A stretch of 64,000 bases of DNA. It comes from Myxococcota bacterium (lineage in GTDB: Bacteria > Myxococcota_A > UBA9160 > UBA6930). Below the pieces are notes generated by a model. The model saw only the letters and a list, made by a program, of their open reading frames with translations. It had not been told where the DNA came from and searched no databases. Shown one piece after another: positions 37,285 through 47,196 of the stretch. Numbering within the stretch: position 1 is the stretch's first letter; every line of letters begins with the position of its first letter. The DNA lies in contig OZ245015.1 in the NCBI GenBank assembly GCA_965223705.1, positions 1,824,001 to 1,888,000 of the forward strand, in the 5' to 3' direction. The position numbers and the translations under genes were made by a program.

Positions 37285-38412
37285 TCAGCGGATCCCGAGC
37301 CTTTTCAGCAAACGGTCGCGTTTGTCGAGCCACCAGCCGAACTCCGGCGGCCAGCTCGAGTAATCGCCGTCCACCAAGGCGCGCTTCGCGGCGAGCGGCC
37401 AGTTCGGCTGCTCGAGCAGTTCGCGGGCTAAGGCGATCGCATCCGCCTGGCCGCTTTCGAGGATGGCTTCGGCCTGCGCGGGCTGCCAGATGAGCCCGAC
37501 CGCGATCGTCGCGATCTCGGCCTCGCGCCGCAGTTGCGCGGTGCGCGAAGCCATGAACGCGGGGCCGAGGGGCATCTTCGGTTTGTGCGGCCCGCCGATG
37601 CCGCCGCTCGAGCAATCGATCGCGTCGACGCCGCGCCCTTTCAGTCGCTTCGCGAGCTCGACGGATTCCGCAAGCGTCCAACCGCCGTCGACCCAATCGG
37701 TGAGCGAGAGTCGGAAGACCAAGGGAAAGCGTTCCGGCCAGGTGCTGCGAATCGCGTCGGCGACTTCGAGTGAGAAGCGAATCCTTCCTTCGAAGTCGGT
37801 TCCGTACCCGTCGGTTCGGTCGTTGGCGAGCGGCGAGTAGAACTGGTGCGCGAGGAAGCCGTGCCCCGCATACACCTCGATCACGCGGAACCCGGCGTCA
37901 TCGGCCCGCTTTGCTGCGTCCGCGAAGGCTCGCAGCACGGTCTCGATATCCGTTTCGGTCATCACCTTGGGCTCGGGCCACGCGTCGCCGTAGCGGAGGG
38001 CGCTCGGAGCGATCGCTTGCCACGGGGCTTCGCCTCGGAGCGCGATGTCTTCTTCGGTGACCGGTGTTTCGCCGTCCCAGGGACGCCGCTCGCTCGCCTT
38101 CCGCCCGGCGTGTGCGAGCTGCACCCCGGGCACGGCGCCGTGTTCGGCAAGGAACCGCGTCACCCGCTGCAGAGGCTCGATCTGCTCGTCGCACCAGAGG
38201 CCGAGATCACCGTGGGTGCGGCGACCGCGTTCTTCAACCGCTGTCGCCTCCGTAAAGACCAACCCCGCGCCGCCCAAAGCGAAACGGCCGAGATGAACGA
38301 GATGCCAATCGTTCGCCACACCGTCGCGCGCCCTGTATTGGCTCATCGGGGAGACCACGATGCGGTTCGGAATTACAACGTCTCGCAGCTTGAGAGGATC
38401 GAACAATGCCAT
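37285..38412 (-). CDS. NADH:flavin oxidoreductase (Old Yellow Enzyme, YqjM-like)
   Basis: NRIVVSPM.QY, EATAV...GR, QLAHAGRKAS, N.RTD.YG..FE.R.RF. Confidence 0.92.
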   Translation of the reverse strand: MALFDPLKLRDVVIPNRIVVSPMSQYRARDGVANDWHLVHLGRFALGGAGLVFTEATAVEERGRRTHGDLGLWCDEQIEPLQRVTRFLAEHGAVPGVQLAHAGRKASERRPWDGETPVTEEDIALRGEAPWQAIAPSALRYGDAWPEPKVMTETDIETVLRAFADAAKRADDAGFRVIEVYAGHGFLAHQFYSPLANDRTDGYGTDFEGRIRFSLEVADAIRSTWPERFPLVFRLSLTDWVDGGWTLAESVELAKRLKGRGVDAIDCSSGGIGGPHKPKMPLGPAFMASRTAQLRREAEIATIAVGLIWQPAQAEAILESGQADAIALARELLEQPNWPLAAKRALVDGDYSSWPPEFGWWLDKRDRLLKRLGIR

Positions 38413-38490
38413 GTGCTAGACATAGCGCGGGTTCGGCCGGCGCGATGCGTGCAGGGCGCAGAGCGACCCGAGGGGTAACCTCTCTTCGCT

Positions 38491-39684
38491 ATGGCGGGAC
38501 CCCTCGATGGAATTCGCATCCTCGATCTGACGAGCATGATCTCGGGGCCGATGGCGACGATGATGCTCGGGGATCAAGGCGCCGACGTGATCAAGATCGA
38601 GCCGCCGGGTGGCGACCGGGCACGCGGAATCAGCCGCACCGGAACCACCAGCATCTTTCTCTCGGCCAATCGGAACAAGCGATCCGTTTGCATCGACCTC
38701 AAGCGACCCGGCGCCCTCGAACTCGTCCTCGACATCGCGAAAACCGCGGACGTGTTCGTCCAGAACTTCCGGCCGGGAGCGGCGGAGCGCGTGGGCCTCG
38801 GCGAGGCGGCTTTGCGGCAAGTCGCGCCGGACATCGTCTACGTATCGATCAGCGGTTTCGGCGAGCGCGGGCCCTTCGCCCACCAGCGCGTTTACGATCC
38901 CGTCATCCAAGCCCTCTCCGGCCTCGCCGATATCCAGGCCGACGCCGGAACGCGCCGGCCGCGCATGGTGCGAACGATCATCCCCGACAAGACGACGGCG
39001 CTCACCGCGGCACAAGCGATCACCGCAGCGCTCTTCGCGCGGGAGCGCGGAAGGCCAGGCCAGCACGTGCGGTTGGCGATGCTCGACGCGACGGTGGCGT
39101 ATCTGTGGCCCGAGGGGATGTCGGAACTGACGCACACCGGTCGCGAAAAAGATCCCGGCGAAGGTCACGTCGCTCACGACATGATCTACGAAACGAGGGA
39201 CGGCTACGTCACCGCCGGCGTGATTTCAGACGCCGAGTGGGAAGGGCTTTGCCGCGCGCTCGGGCGGGAAGACTGGCTCGAGCGCGAGGAGTTCCGAACC
39301 ATCGCCGGCCGTTTCGCGCATCGCGAAGAGCGTATCCACATGACGGCGGATGAATTTCAAAAGCGAACAACCGCCGACCTCCTCGAGCGGCTCGACCGTT
39401 GCGAAGTTCCCGCGGCTCCCGTGCTGCGGCGCGAAGAGCTGCTCGATCACCCGCAGATCGCGGCGAACGAGCTGCTCGAGATCCACCATGACGAGCACCA
39501 CGGACCGATTCGCCAGCCGCGACCCGCCGCGCGCTTCGAGGAGACACCGGCATCGATCCGCCGCATGGCGCCGCTGCTCGGCGCCGACAACGCCGCGGTT
39601 CTATCGGAGATCGGGCTCGGCGCGAAACAAATCGAAGACCTCGAGAGAGCCGGCATCATCGCGAAAGCGCGCCCGCCGAGGTAG
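38491..39684 (+). CDS. CaiB/BaiF family CoA-transferase
   Basis: PLDGIRILDLT...GP, NRNKRS, NFRPG, SISGFG, YD..IQA.SG. Confidence 0.93.
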   Translation: MAGPLDGIRILDLTSMISGPMATMMLGDQGADVIKIEPPGGDRARGISRTGTTSIFLSANRNKRSVCIDLKRPGALELVLDIAKTADVFVQNFRPGAAERVGLGEAALRQVAPDIVYVSISGFGERGPFAHQRVYDPVIQALSGLADIQADAGTRRPRMVRTIIPDKTTALTAAQAITAALFARERGRPGQHVRLAMLDATVAYLWPEGMSELTHTGREKDPGEGHVAHDMIYETRDGYVTAGVISDAEWEGLCRALGREDWLEREEFRTIAGRFAHREERIHMTADEFQKRTTADLLERLDRCEVPAAPVLRREELLDHPQIAANELLEIHHDEHHGPIRQPRPAARFEETPASIRRMAPLLGADNAAVLSEIGLGAKQIEDLERAGIIAKARPPR

Positions 39685-39696
39685 CCTGCCGCTCGT

Positions 39697-39773
39697 GGCC
39701 CGGTAGCTCAGCTGGATAGAGCGCCAGCCTCCGAAGCTGGAAGTCGCGCGTTCGAATCGCGCCCGGGTCACCA
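39697..39773 (+). tRNA. tRNA-Arg (CCG)
   Basis: GGCCCGG/CCGGGTC acceptor stem, CCAGC-CTCCGAA-GCTGG anticodon arm, GTTCGAATC T-loop, encoded CCA. Confidence 0.97.
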
Positions 39774-39786
39774 CGATGCATCACTG

Positions 39787-40740
39787 CTACCGCTGAACAC
39801 AGTAGAGACGGTTCAGCTCGGAACAGTCCTCGTCGACGGAGTCCAACCACCCGTCGTCCGTACCGACGGTGTTACCGATACGGCCCGAATCGTTGCTGTC
39901 GTCGCTTTCCCAATTCAGGCAAGCCATGTTGAGGCGATATCTGCCATGCCCCGTGGTTCCCGTCCAAACGCCGATAACACCGAGACTCTGGTAGGAGGCC
40001 CCGAGTTCGTCGTTCCCGATGAAATTCACCAGATGGGCGTTCTCGGTGTTGAACAGGTCCGGCGTGCTATGGGCCACCGGCAGACCTCGGGCGCTGATGT
40101 AAGGTCCGCCCGCCGGCGTGGGTCTCGTTCCACCATCGACCTGATCCGTCGACAGCAGCGCGACATACTCCCCTTTCGGCACGATCGAGGAGGGAGAATC
40201 CGCCAGGGATTGGCAGATCGCATCGGCACCCGTGAGCCCGCCCAAGTCTCCCGTGTGAGTGGTCGAGGTGACGAAGATGGTTTTGACGCCGGGCTTCCCG
40301 GGCTCGCTGGTGTTCCCGTAGCTTTCCGCTGTGCCCGCTGGTAGCCCGTCCGAAGAGTCGCTCACGTCACCGTTGAAAAAGACACGCCTGAAGGCCATGC
40401 GTATCTTGGCGCCCTGGGTGACCTTCTCTACCTCGCAGTAGGCGGCCCGTTTGTTCGCCGTGAGTGCTTGATACGGCAGCGTCAATGACAAGCCCGCCGG
40501 AATCACCACGCCGCTAGCAGAGTTGAGCGCATTGCTCGTTGCGGCGTCGATGATGAAGATCCCGACCGTGGCCGCATCGGTCCCAGCGTTCACCACAGTG
40601 CACTGGCCTTCGCCGAGGTAGTTGAGACCGATGGTGGCGGAAACCAAGCGCTCGGCGGAGGCGGAGTTCGAGGCGGTGAGTGCGGTCGCAACTGCGAGCG
40701 CTAGTCCAACTCGTGTCGGTACGAGAGAGCGGCTCAGCAT
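39787..40740 (-). CDS. secreted DUF1554 (endostatin-like) domain protein
   Basis: Signal peptide; IFVTS....GDLGGL.GADAICQ..A, WTGT, C..W, C......LYCVQ. Confidence 0.8.
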   Translation of the reverse strand: MLSRSLVPTRVGLALAVATALTASNSASAERLVSATIGLNYLGEGQCTVVNAGTDAATVGIFIIDAATSNALNSASGVVIPAGLSLTLPYQALTANKRAAYCEVEKVTQGAKIRMAFRRVFFNGDVSDSSDGLPAGTAESYGNTSEPGKPGVKTIFVTSTTHTGDLGGLTGADAICQSLADSPSSIVPKGEYVALLSTDQVDGGTRPTPAGGPYISARGLPVAHSTPDLFNTENAHLVNFIGNDELGASYQSLGVIGVWTGTTGHGRYRLNMACLNWESDDSNDSGRIGNTVGTDDGWLDSVDEDCSELNRLYCVQR

Positions 40741-40894
40741 CTAGAGGAGCCCCTGTCTGTCCACCTCCAACCCGCCAACGACGAGCATACATCCCGCCAG
40801 GGCCTATTGGCCAGAGCTCCATGCCTGCTCTCTGGCGTCGGTTGTCGGGGTCTTCAGGACCGCGCTCCGATCGCCCGAAATGACGGCACCAGGG

Positions 40895-42010
40895 TCAGTT
40901 CCCCGCGCAGACCGCGTATACGTGCGGCCCGCAGACGAGTTCGAGTTCTTCTACCCGTTCTACGCGTTCGGCCTCTTGGGCAGCTGCGAGATCCGCAATG
41001 GCCGATCCTCCGGACAACTCTTCCTCCTTGGCGAGGAGGCTCGCCTGAATTGTCGCGAGCTCTTCGGCGGTGCAGCTCGGATCTTCTGCACACTCTCCCG
41101 CTTGAAGCTGAAGGACGGTAATTTGCTGTCGCACATCGAGCTGTCGCCGCGGGTCGTTGATGTGCTCAAGCAGTGCTGCCATCGCAGCCGCGTGGGTGGC
41201 CAGTAGCTCACGGTATGCCGCCTGGGCGGCGGGGTCGCCTGCGCAGTCTCCGAGCCCCGGTGGTGTGATGCCAGACCGGGTGACCATCCATGAGTCGCCG
41301 GACGGGTAGCTTCCCGTTACATCTCGCAAGCCCGAAAAACCGCCGCCGATGGCCCGTTGCCCCTCGTCGCAAGAGGCCTGTAGGACCAGCTCATCCTCAA
41401 AACTCTGCGTTCGCACGTAGACGACCATCGGACCCCCCGGCGGTCCTGCCGGTCCAACCGGACCCGTTTCGCCCGCCGGCCCGGCCGGCCCCATCTCGCC
41501 CGTCGGACCGGTCGCTCCAGTCGGACCTGTCGGTCCAGTCGGACCCGTTGCGCCCGTCGCACCTCTGGGACCTTCGGGTCCGGTCGGTCCGATTGCGCCT
41601 GGCGGACCCGCCTCGCCCGGACGGCCGGCGGGGCCTTCGGGACCTTCCGGGCCGACCAACGCGCGGGGGTCGAGCAACGTGACCTCAAAGCTGTCGATGT
41701 GCCAGGGTTTCCAACCGGTCGACACCACCAGTCGATAGTCACCGTCGGGAAGGACAGGCAGTACGGCAAAGATCTCGGTCGGGCTCACGTCGAGAACGCG
41801 GAGCGGGCCGAACTCTCCAAGCTTCACGCGCAGGTGACGCCGCCCGCGATCGAAGTGCTTTCCCCGGATCTGCAATTGACCATCCTCGTGAAGCACAAAC
41901 ACTTCGTCGATCTGCACCTTGCGCGGGCGCCGGTCGTCCGCACGGCTACGCTCCGGGGCCGCGGCCAGGAGCAGCGAAAGGCAAAGTGAAAGCAACAGGA
42001 TGCGACACAT
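40895..42010 (-). CDS. secreted collagen-like protein
   Basis: Signal peptide [18 protein letters not shown]; Ig/IPT-like domain; 24 Gly-X-Y triplets; C-terminal C.....AIGGG...YAVCA domain. Confidence 0.85.
   Translation of the reverse strand: MCRILLLSLCLSLLLAAAPERSRADDRRPRKVQIDEVFVLHEDGQLQIRGKHFDRGRRHLRVKLGEFGPLRVLDVSPTEIFAVLPVLPDGDYRLVVSTGWKPWHIDSFEVTLLDPRALVGPEGPEGPAGRPGEAGPPGAIGPTGPEGPRGATGATGPTGPTGPTGATGPTGEMGPAGPAGETGPVGPAGPPGGPMVVYVRTQSFEDELVLQASCDEGQRAIGGGFSGLRDVTGSYPSGDSWMVTRSGITPPGLGDCAGDPAAQAAYRELLATHAAAMAALLEHINDPRRQLDVRQQITVLQLQAGECAEDPSCTAEELATIQASLLAKEEELSGGSAIADLAAAQEAERVERVEELELVCGPHVYAVCAGN
41438..41653 (-). repeat. collagen Gly-X-Y repeat (24 triplets)
   Basis: [24 protein letters not shown]...GPVGPAGPP. 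Confidence 0.9.
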
Positions 42011-42145
42011 AACGATTCCCTCGTCGAATCGGGGTTCGGGTCGGCGAGTGAGTGTCGCGGCAGGCAATTTCGTGACGGAAGCAACGCCGCGCTGTTTTGA
42101 GAGGTATCGAAGCAAAAACGCGATCCTACGAGAAAGGATCCTGTG

Positions 42146-42937
42146 ATGGCCCTCCGACAGGTTCTCTTTGCACAACTTGATCCAGAGGAATGGCGCGGGC
42201 CCGACGTATCGCCCCTCAATGCTTTTATCCTCGGCGTCGTCGCCATAAGTATCGCGGTTGCCGTCCTCCAATCGGAGGCGCAGCTCGAGGAGCAGTACCG
42301 CTACGCATTTCGCGTATGCAACTTTGCGATCGGGACACTGTTCTCGATTGAGTACGTCATGCGACTCTGGGCGATGGGCGAGAAGCCCCGATACTCCGGA
42401 GCCGCCGGACGATTCCGGTACGCCGCCACCTGGCCGGCGGTACTCGATCTGATCGCGACCTTGGCAATCTGGGTCGATTTGTTCTCTGGGATGGCAGGGG
42501 TCTACGGCGTTCTCTTGAGGCTTCTCCGGGCGATCCGAATTCTCACGCTGACTCGGAACAGTCGGTTCGGAATCGCGATTCGCTTGCTCGCGACGGCAGT
42601 TCGGGAGAGACGCATCGAGCTGACGCTGAGCCTGCTTCTCGCGATCTTGGTCTTGCTGCTTTCCGCTGTGCTCCTCTATCTCGTCGAGGGCCATCTCGTC
42701 GAGGGCCATGCCCAACCGGAGGCCTTCGGGTCCATTCCGAGAGCGGCTTGGTGGTCGATGGCGACGCTCACGACCGTCGGCTACGGAGACGTCTACCCGG
42801 TCACAACGCTGGGAAAGCTATGCGCTGGGATCACCGCTCTCTCTTCGATCGCGATCGTCGCGATGCCGGCGGGGATCATGGCGGCGGCGTTCTCGGACGC
42901 CTTTCAGAACCTGAGTCACACCGACGACTCAGCGTAG
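42146..42937 (+). CDS. voltage-gated potassium channel (ion transporter)
   Basis: S4 [11 protein letters not shown]; pore FGSIP.AAWW...TLTTVGYGD. Confidence 0.92.
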   Translation: MALRQVLFAQLDPEEWRGPDVSPLNAFILGVVAISIAVAVLQSEAQLEEQYRYAFRVCNFAIGTLFSIEYVMRLWAMGEKPRYSGAAGRFRYAATWPAVLDLIATLAIWVDLFSGMAGVYGVLLRLLRAIRILTLTRNSRFGIAIRLLATAVRERRIELTLSLLLAILVLLLSAVLLYLVEGHLVEGHAQPEAFGSIPRAAWWSMATLTTVGYGDVYPVTTLGKLCAGITALSSIAIVAMPAGIMAAAFSDAFQNLSHTDDSA

Positions 42938-42946
42938 CTGACCGGC

Positions 42947-44248
42947 TCACGGAAAGACGCCGCGGCGTCGCTTCGCTTCGGCGACGCGCCCCACGCCCAG
43001 CATGAGGGCGGCCGTCCGCAGATTGACGTCTTCCGAACGTGCACGTTCGAGGACGCTTTTGAATGCGCGTTGCATCAGGGAAATGAGGCGATTGTTCACC
43101 TCTTCTTCCGACCAGAAGAACTGCTGAAGTCCCTGCACCCATTCGAAGTACGACACCGTGACGCCGCCCGCGTTGGCGAGGATGTCGGGGACGACGAAGA
43201 TTCCGCGGTCGTCGAGGATCGCGTCGCCGGCGAGATCGGTGGGGCCGTTCGCGGCTTCGACGACGATGCGACATTGCAGGCGCTCTGCGTTGTCCGCGGT
43301 GATCTGGTTTTGCACGGCCGCCGGGATCAGGACGTCGCACGGGAGCTCGAGAAGCGTGCGGTTGTCGATGGCCTCGCTGTCGGGGAAGCCTTCGACGAAG
43401 TCGTGCGCCTCGACCCAGCGCTCGAGACTAGCGATGTCGATGCCGGCCTCTCGGTGGATCCCGCTTTTCACGTCGGAGACGGCGATGACGCGCGCGCCCA
43501 AGTGCGACGCGATTCGGGCCGCCGCAACACCGACCTGCCCGAAGCCCTGGATTACGATACGCGCTCCCTCGAGCTCGAGCGATTTCGCGCGGCATGCCTC
43601 CACCAAGCAGGTCACGACGCCACGTCCGGTCGCCTCGGCGCGCCCCTGCGAGCCGCCGATCTCGATGGGCTTCCCGGTGACGACTCCCGGTACGGCGTGT
43701 CCTTTCTGCTGGGAGTACGTATCGAGGATCCAGGCCATCACCTGCTCATCGGTGCCGAGGTCGGGAGCGGGGATGTCCCGGTCGGGGCCGATCATGTCAA
43801 TGATTTCCGAGGTGTAGCGACGGGTGATGCGCTGGAGCTCCGTCCGCGAAAGGCTCCGCGGATCGACCCGCACGCCGCCCTTGGCGCCGCCGAACGGAAG
43901 GCCCATGAGCGCGCACTTCCAGGTCATCCACATGGCGAGTGCGGTCACCTGGCCGAGCCCCACGTCGAGGTCGTAGCGAAGGCCGCCTTTGGTGGGACCC
44001 ATCGTGAGGAGATGTTGCACGCGGTAGCCGTAGACCGTCTCGACGGTGTGGTAGTTGTCGCGTCGGAAAGGGAACGAGACGACCAACGCGCGCTGAGGCG
44101 CGCGCAGGCGCTCCCAGATGTTGTCGTCGAGACCCATCCGCTCTGCCGTGCGGTCGAGTTGGTCGACCGCCAACCGATGCATCGGTGAGTCCCACTCGGC
44201 CGGTTCTTCAGTCGTCGCCACCGGGGGCGGTATCGCTACGTCATTCAC
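42947..44248 (-). CDS. gdhA: Glu/Leu/Phe/Val dehydrogenase (glutamate dehydrogenase)
   Basis: GPTKGGLRY, MTWKCA...LPFGGAKGG, DIPAPD, VTGKP, NAGGVTVSYFEWVQ; start uncertain. Confidence 0.93.
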   Translation of the reverse strand: MNDVAIPPPVATTEEPAEWDSPMHRLAVDQLDRTAERMGLDDNIWERLRAPQRALVVSFPFRRDNYHTVETVYGYRVQHLLTMGPTKGGLRYDLDVGLGQVTALAMWMTWKCALMGLPFGGAKGGVRVDPRSLSRTELQRITRRYTSEIIDMIGPDRDIPAPDLGTDEQVMAWILDTYSQQKGHAVPGVVTGKPIEIGGSQGRAEATGRGVVTCLVEACRAKSLELEGARIVIQGFGQVGVAAARIASHLGARVIAVSDVKSGIHREAGIDIASLERWVEAHDFVEGFPDSEAIDNRTLLELPCDVLIPAAVQNQITADNAERLQCRIVVEAANGPTDLAGDAILDDRGIFVVPDILANAGGVTVSYFEWVQGLQQFFWSEEEVNNRLISLMQRAFKSVLERARSEDVNLRTAALMLGVGRVAEAKRRRGVFP

Positions 44249-44423
44249 GGTGGGGCCTCGCCTCCTCATGCGGCGCGCTAAGGTCGGGTCGACGAGATCA
44301 CCGACGCGTCACGCGCTTCGGGTGAACTTGATACCGTTCCAAGTGACCGCGGTCGATGTCGGCGTGGCCGAGTGCTCGCCGGGTCACCATCCTGCGCCAC
44401 GGCGTTTCGGGGAGTTTTGCGCC

Positions 44424-45572
44424 GTGGAGACGAGCCTTCGACCGAGACTGGCCATTGCGAGCGGCCTCGCGGCGCAAACCTCCGGAGCGTTGCCGATGGC
44501 GCTGGTGGGCGCGATCGCGCCGGAACTCCAGGCCGAATTCGCTTTTGGCGACTCGGAGCTCGGCATCATCGCCGCGTTGTACTTCCTTTCCGCCGCGCTC
44601 CTCGGCCCTTACGGCGGGCGACTCGTCGATCGCATGGGACCGGCGCTGGGTCTGCGCGCGACGGGTGCGATCGTCGCCACGAGTCTCGTCGTTCAGGCGA
44701 CCGCCGATTCCCTCGCGATGTTCGTCGTGGGTTCGCTGCTTGGCGCGATGTCGATGGCGCTCGCGACGCCCGCCTCGAACGTCGCGCTCTTGCACCACGT
44801 CGCGGAAGCGCGGCGCGGCTTGGCCTTTGGCGTCAAACAATCCGCGGTCCCGCTGGCGGCGACCTTGTCGGGGCTGGCCTTGCCCTTGGTGGCGCTGCGC
44901 GCGGGCTGGCGCTGGGCGTTCGCGGTGATGATCGTCTTTCCACTGGCGAGCTTGTTATTCGCTCCGAAGACGCCGGTCGAACACCGAGCGTACGGCGCGC
45001 GTCCCTCACAAAGACCGAGACCGCCGCGCACGTTGCTGATGTTGGCGGGCGTCGGTGTCTTCGCGGCGACGGCTGTCGGAACACTCAACCCGTTCCTGGT
45101 CCGCGCCGGAATCGAAGCCGGCTTCTCCACCGGAGCCGCCGGCGTGCTTCTCGGAGTGGCCGCCGCGAGCCTGATCGTGAGCCGTGTCCTCTGGGGCGCC
45201 GTCCTCGACCGCACGGGTATCGAACCGATCGTGGTGATCTTCGGGCTGCTCGGCGTCGGGGCGTTCGGGTACGCGTTGCTCGCAACGTCATCCCTCGTTC
45301 CTTTCGCGGTGGGTGCGGTGATCGCGTACGCGTTCGGCTGGGCCTGGCCGGGCGTTCAGTTCCTCGCCGGGGTTCGGCTGTGGCCTGAGAATCCGGGTGA
45401 AGCGAGCGGACTGTTGCAGATGGGGGCCTTTGTCGGAGCGACCGTCGGCCCGCTCGGGTTCGGTTTTCTCGCCGAGCGGACGAGCTTCGCCACGGGCTAT
45501 GCCGCGTCCGCTCTCTTCGCCGCCTTGGCAGCCGGGCTCGCTGCCCTCCTGGTCCGCAACGTCCGCCGTTAG
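44424..45572 (+). CDS. MFS transporter
   Basis: About 12 TM segments; GRLVDRMG motif A; RGLAFGVKQ. Confidence 0.9.
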   Translation: METSLRPRLAIASGLAAQTSGALPMALVGAIAPELQAEFAFGDSELGIIAALYFLSAALLGPYGGRLVDRMGPALGLRATGAIVATSLVVQATADSLAMFVVGSLLGAMSMALATPASNVALLHHVAEARRGLAFGVKQSAVPLAATLSGLALPLVALRAGWRWAFAVMIVFPLASLLFAPKTPVEHRAYGARPSQRPRPPRTLLMLAGVGVFAATAVGTLNPFLVRAGIEAGFSTGAAGVLLGVAAASLIVSRVLWGAVLDRTGIEPIVVIFGLLGVGAFGYALLATSSLVPFAVGAVIAYAFGWAWPGVQFLAGVRLWPENPGEASGLLQMGAFVGATVGPLGFGFLAERTSFATGYAASALFAALAAGLAALLVRNVRR

Positions 45573-46009
45573 GGCGCAGCCACCACAGCCACCGCTTCGA
45601 TCTCTACCCGCCATTCCGGAAGCGCCAGCGACTGCACACCGATGAGCGTACTCGCCGGCATGTCCGTGTCCCCCATGAATTCCTTGCGAACTGTGCGAAA
45701 CGCTTCGAGATCTTCCGGCCGGTAATCGACGATAAAGGTCGTGGTCTTCACGATGTCGGCGTAGGACGCGCCCGCTGCCGCGAGCTGCTCGCCGAGGCGC
45801 GTATAGACGGATCGCAGCTGTGCGGTCAGGGAGTCCCCGTCCCCAATCTGGCCCGAGATGTAGATCGTCTTCATCCCGCCGTGGGTGACGGCCACGGCCT
45901 GGGAGTAGCCGGTGGCGGGGTTGATGATCTGCCGCTTGATTCCGTTGGCGTTGGCGGCGAGGGGCCACAAAACGAGTAGGGGCAACAAGAGGTATCGATG
46001 GAGTCGCAT
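45569..46009 (-). CDS. RidA/YjgF family protein with signal peptide
   Basis: YSQAV, IYISGQI, PASTLIGV.SLA.P...VEIEA. Confidence 0.88.
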   Translation of the reverse strand: MRLHRYLLLPLLVLWPLAANANGIKRQIINPATGYSQAVAVTHGGMKTIYISGQIGDGDSLTAQLRSVYTRLGEQLAAAGASYADIVKTTTFIVDYRPEDLEAFRTVRKEFMGDTDMPASTLIGVQSLALPEWRVEIEAVAVVAAP

Positions 46010-46022
46010 CGGAGTTCCTTTC

Positions 46023-46394
46023 TCAATCGGGCAGGGGCGCAAAGCACGGCGTGCGGCCGTCGGGAAGTGCGTCGCAGCGCGCGATGCGACTGCGCGCATT
46101 CGGATCGACCGGAATCGTTACGGCGTAGACGCCATCGTCGCCGCAATCGATGTTCCAAAAAGCCTCGCGCGTTTTTCCGAGCCCCTGAAAGTAGATCCGA
46201 CGCGCGGCGGGACACGCCTTTCCGCTGGCCTCGAGAAGGCCGGCGAGGGCGACGCGGCGGTCGCCGCGAGGCGCTTCCATCAAGACATCGTGGACGATGT
46301 TGCCCGTCCGCTCCGAAGCGTTGCAAGCGGTGCAGCCGACGATTGCCAGGCCCGCGACGAGTCGAGCGATCTTTGCGCGGCGAACAGCGTGCAT
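46023..46394 (-). CDS. hypothetical lipoprotein
   Basis: Hydrophobic signal ending CTAC; Cys-containing mature domain. Confidence 0.6.
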   Translation of the reverse strand: MHAVRRAKIARLVAGLAIVGCTACNASERTGNIVHDVLMEAPRGDRRVALAGLLEASGKACPAARRIYFQGLGKTREAFWNIDCGDDGVYAVTIPVDPNARSRIARCDALPDGRTPCFAPLPD

Positions 46395-46454
46395 CTGCGC
46401 GACGATAACGCAACGAAATCGACCGCGAACGCGGTTACTGAAAGGGAGGTCGCC

Positions 46455-47183
46455 ATGGCGAAGCCGGTCTGCGTGTTGATTGGGGCGGGAGAGGGGCTCG
46501 GCCAATCCCTCGCCAAGAAGTTCGCCGCCGAAGGGTTTCGGATCGGTCTCATCTCTCGCTCCGAGGCGGGGAGCGGCGCCGCCCTTCGCGAGGCGCGAGC
46601 GGCCGGGGGCGATGATGCGGCGGCATTCTTCGCGGCGGACGCTCGGGATCCGGCTTCGATCGAAGCGGCGTGCGCCGAAAGCGCGAAACAGCTCGGGCCC
46701 GCGGAGGCGCTGATCTACAACGTGCGCGGTTACTACGCGCCAAAGTCGCCTCTCGAGCTCGCGTACGAAGAGCTCGAGATCAACTTCCAGGAAGAAGTGG
46801 TGGGGGCACTCGCCGCGGCGAAGGCCGTGATGCCGGCGATGATCGAAGCGGGTACCGGAACGATCATCTATTCGAGCGCGACCGCCGCCTTGCGCGGGTC
46901 GAAGAGCAATCCGCTGTACGCGCTCGGGAAGTTCGGGCTTCGCTCACTTTCGCAGAGCTTGGCCAAGGCCTACGCGTCGGACGGCGTGCACGTCGTCCAC
47001 GTGCGCCTCGACTGTACCCTCGATACGCCCGGAATCCGCGAGTACTACCCGAGCATCAAGACGGAAGAAATGTCGAACACGGATGACGTGGCCGAGACCT
47101 ATTACTGGGTCCATCGGCAACCTCGATCCGCTTGGAGCAACGAGATCGAGTTGCGGCCCTACACCGAGGAGTGGACGTTCTGA
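46455..47183 (+). CDS. short-chain dehydrogenase/reductase
   Basis: GAGEGLG, SATAALRG, Y..GKFGLR.L.QS.A, Q.RSAW..E.ELRP..E. Confidence 0.92.
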   Translation: MAKPVCVLIGAGEGLGQSLAKKFAAEGFRIGLISRSEAGSGAALREARAAGGDDAAAFFAADARDPASIEAACAESAKQLGPAEALIYNVRGYYAPKSPLELAYEELEINFQEEVVGALAAAKAVMPAMIEAGTGTIIYSSATAALRGSKSNPLYALGKFGLRSLSQSLAKAYASDGVHVVHVRLDCTLDTPGIREYYPSIKTEEMSNTDDVAETYYWVHRQPRSAWSNEIELRPYTEEWTF

Positions 47184-47196
47184 GCGTTCGCGCCCG

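Noticed and set aside
42011..42715. N-terminal 235 aa of the 606-aa ORF 40895-42715
   Set aside because: Largely antisense overlap with the K+ channel gene; the real protein starts at the signal peptide at 42010.
44379..44389. CCGGGTCACCA identical to the tRNA-Arg 3' end (39763-39773), a possible att site
   Set aside because: Only 11 bp in GC-rich DNA, no integrase, and it would enclose the housekeeping gdhA; chance is likely.
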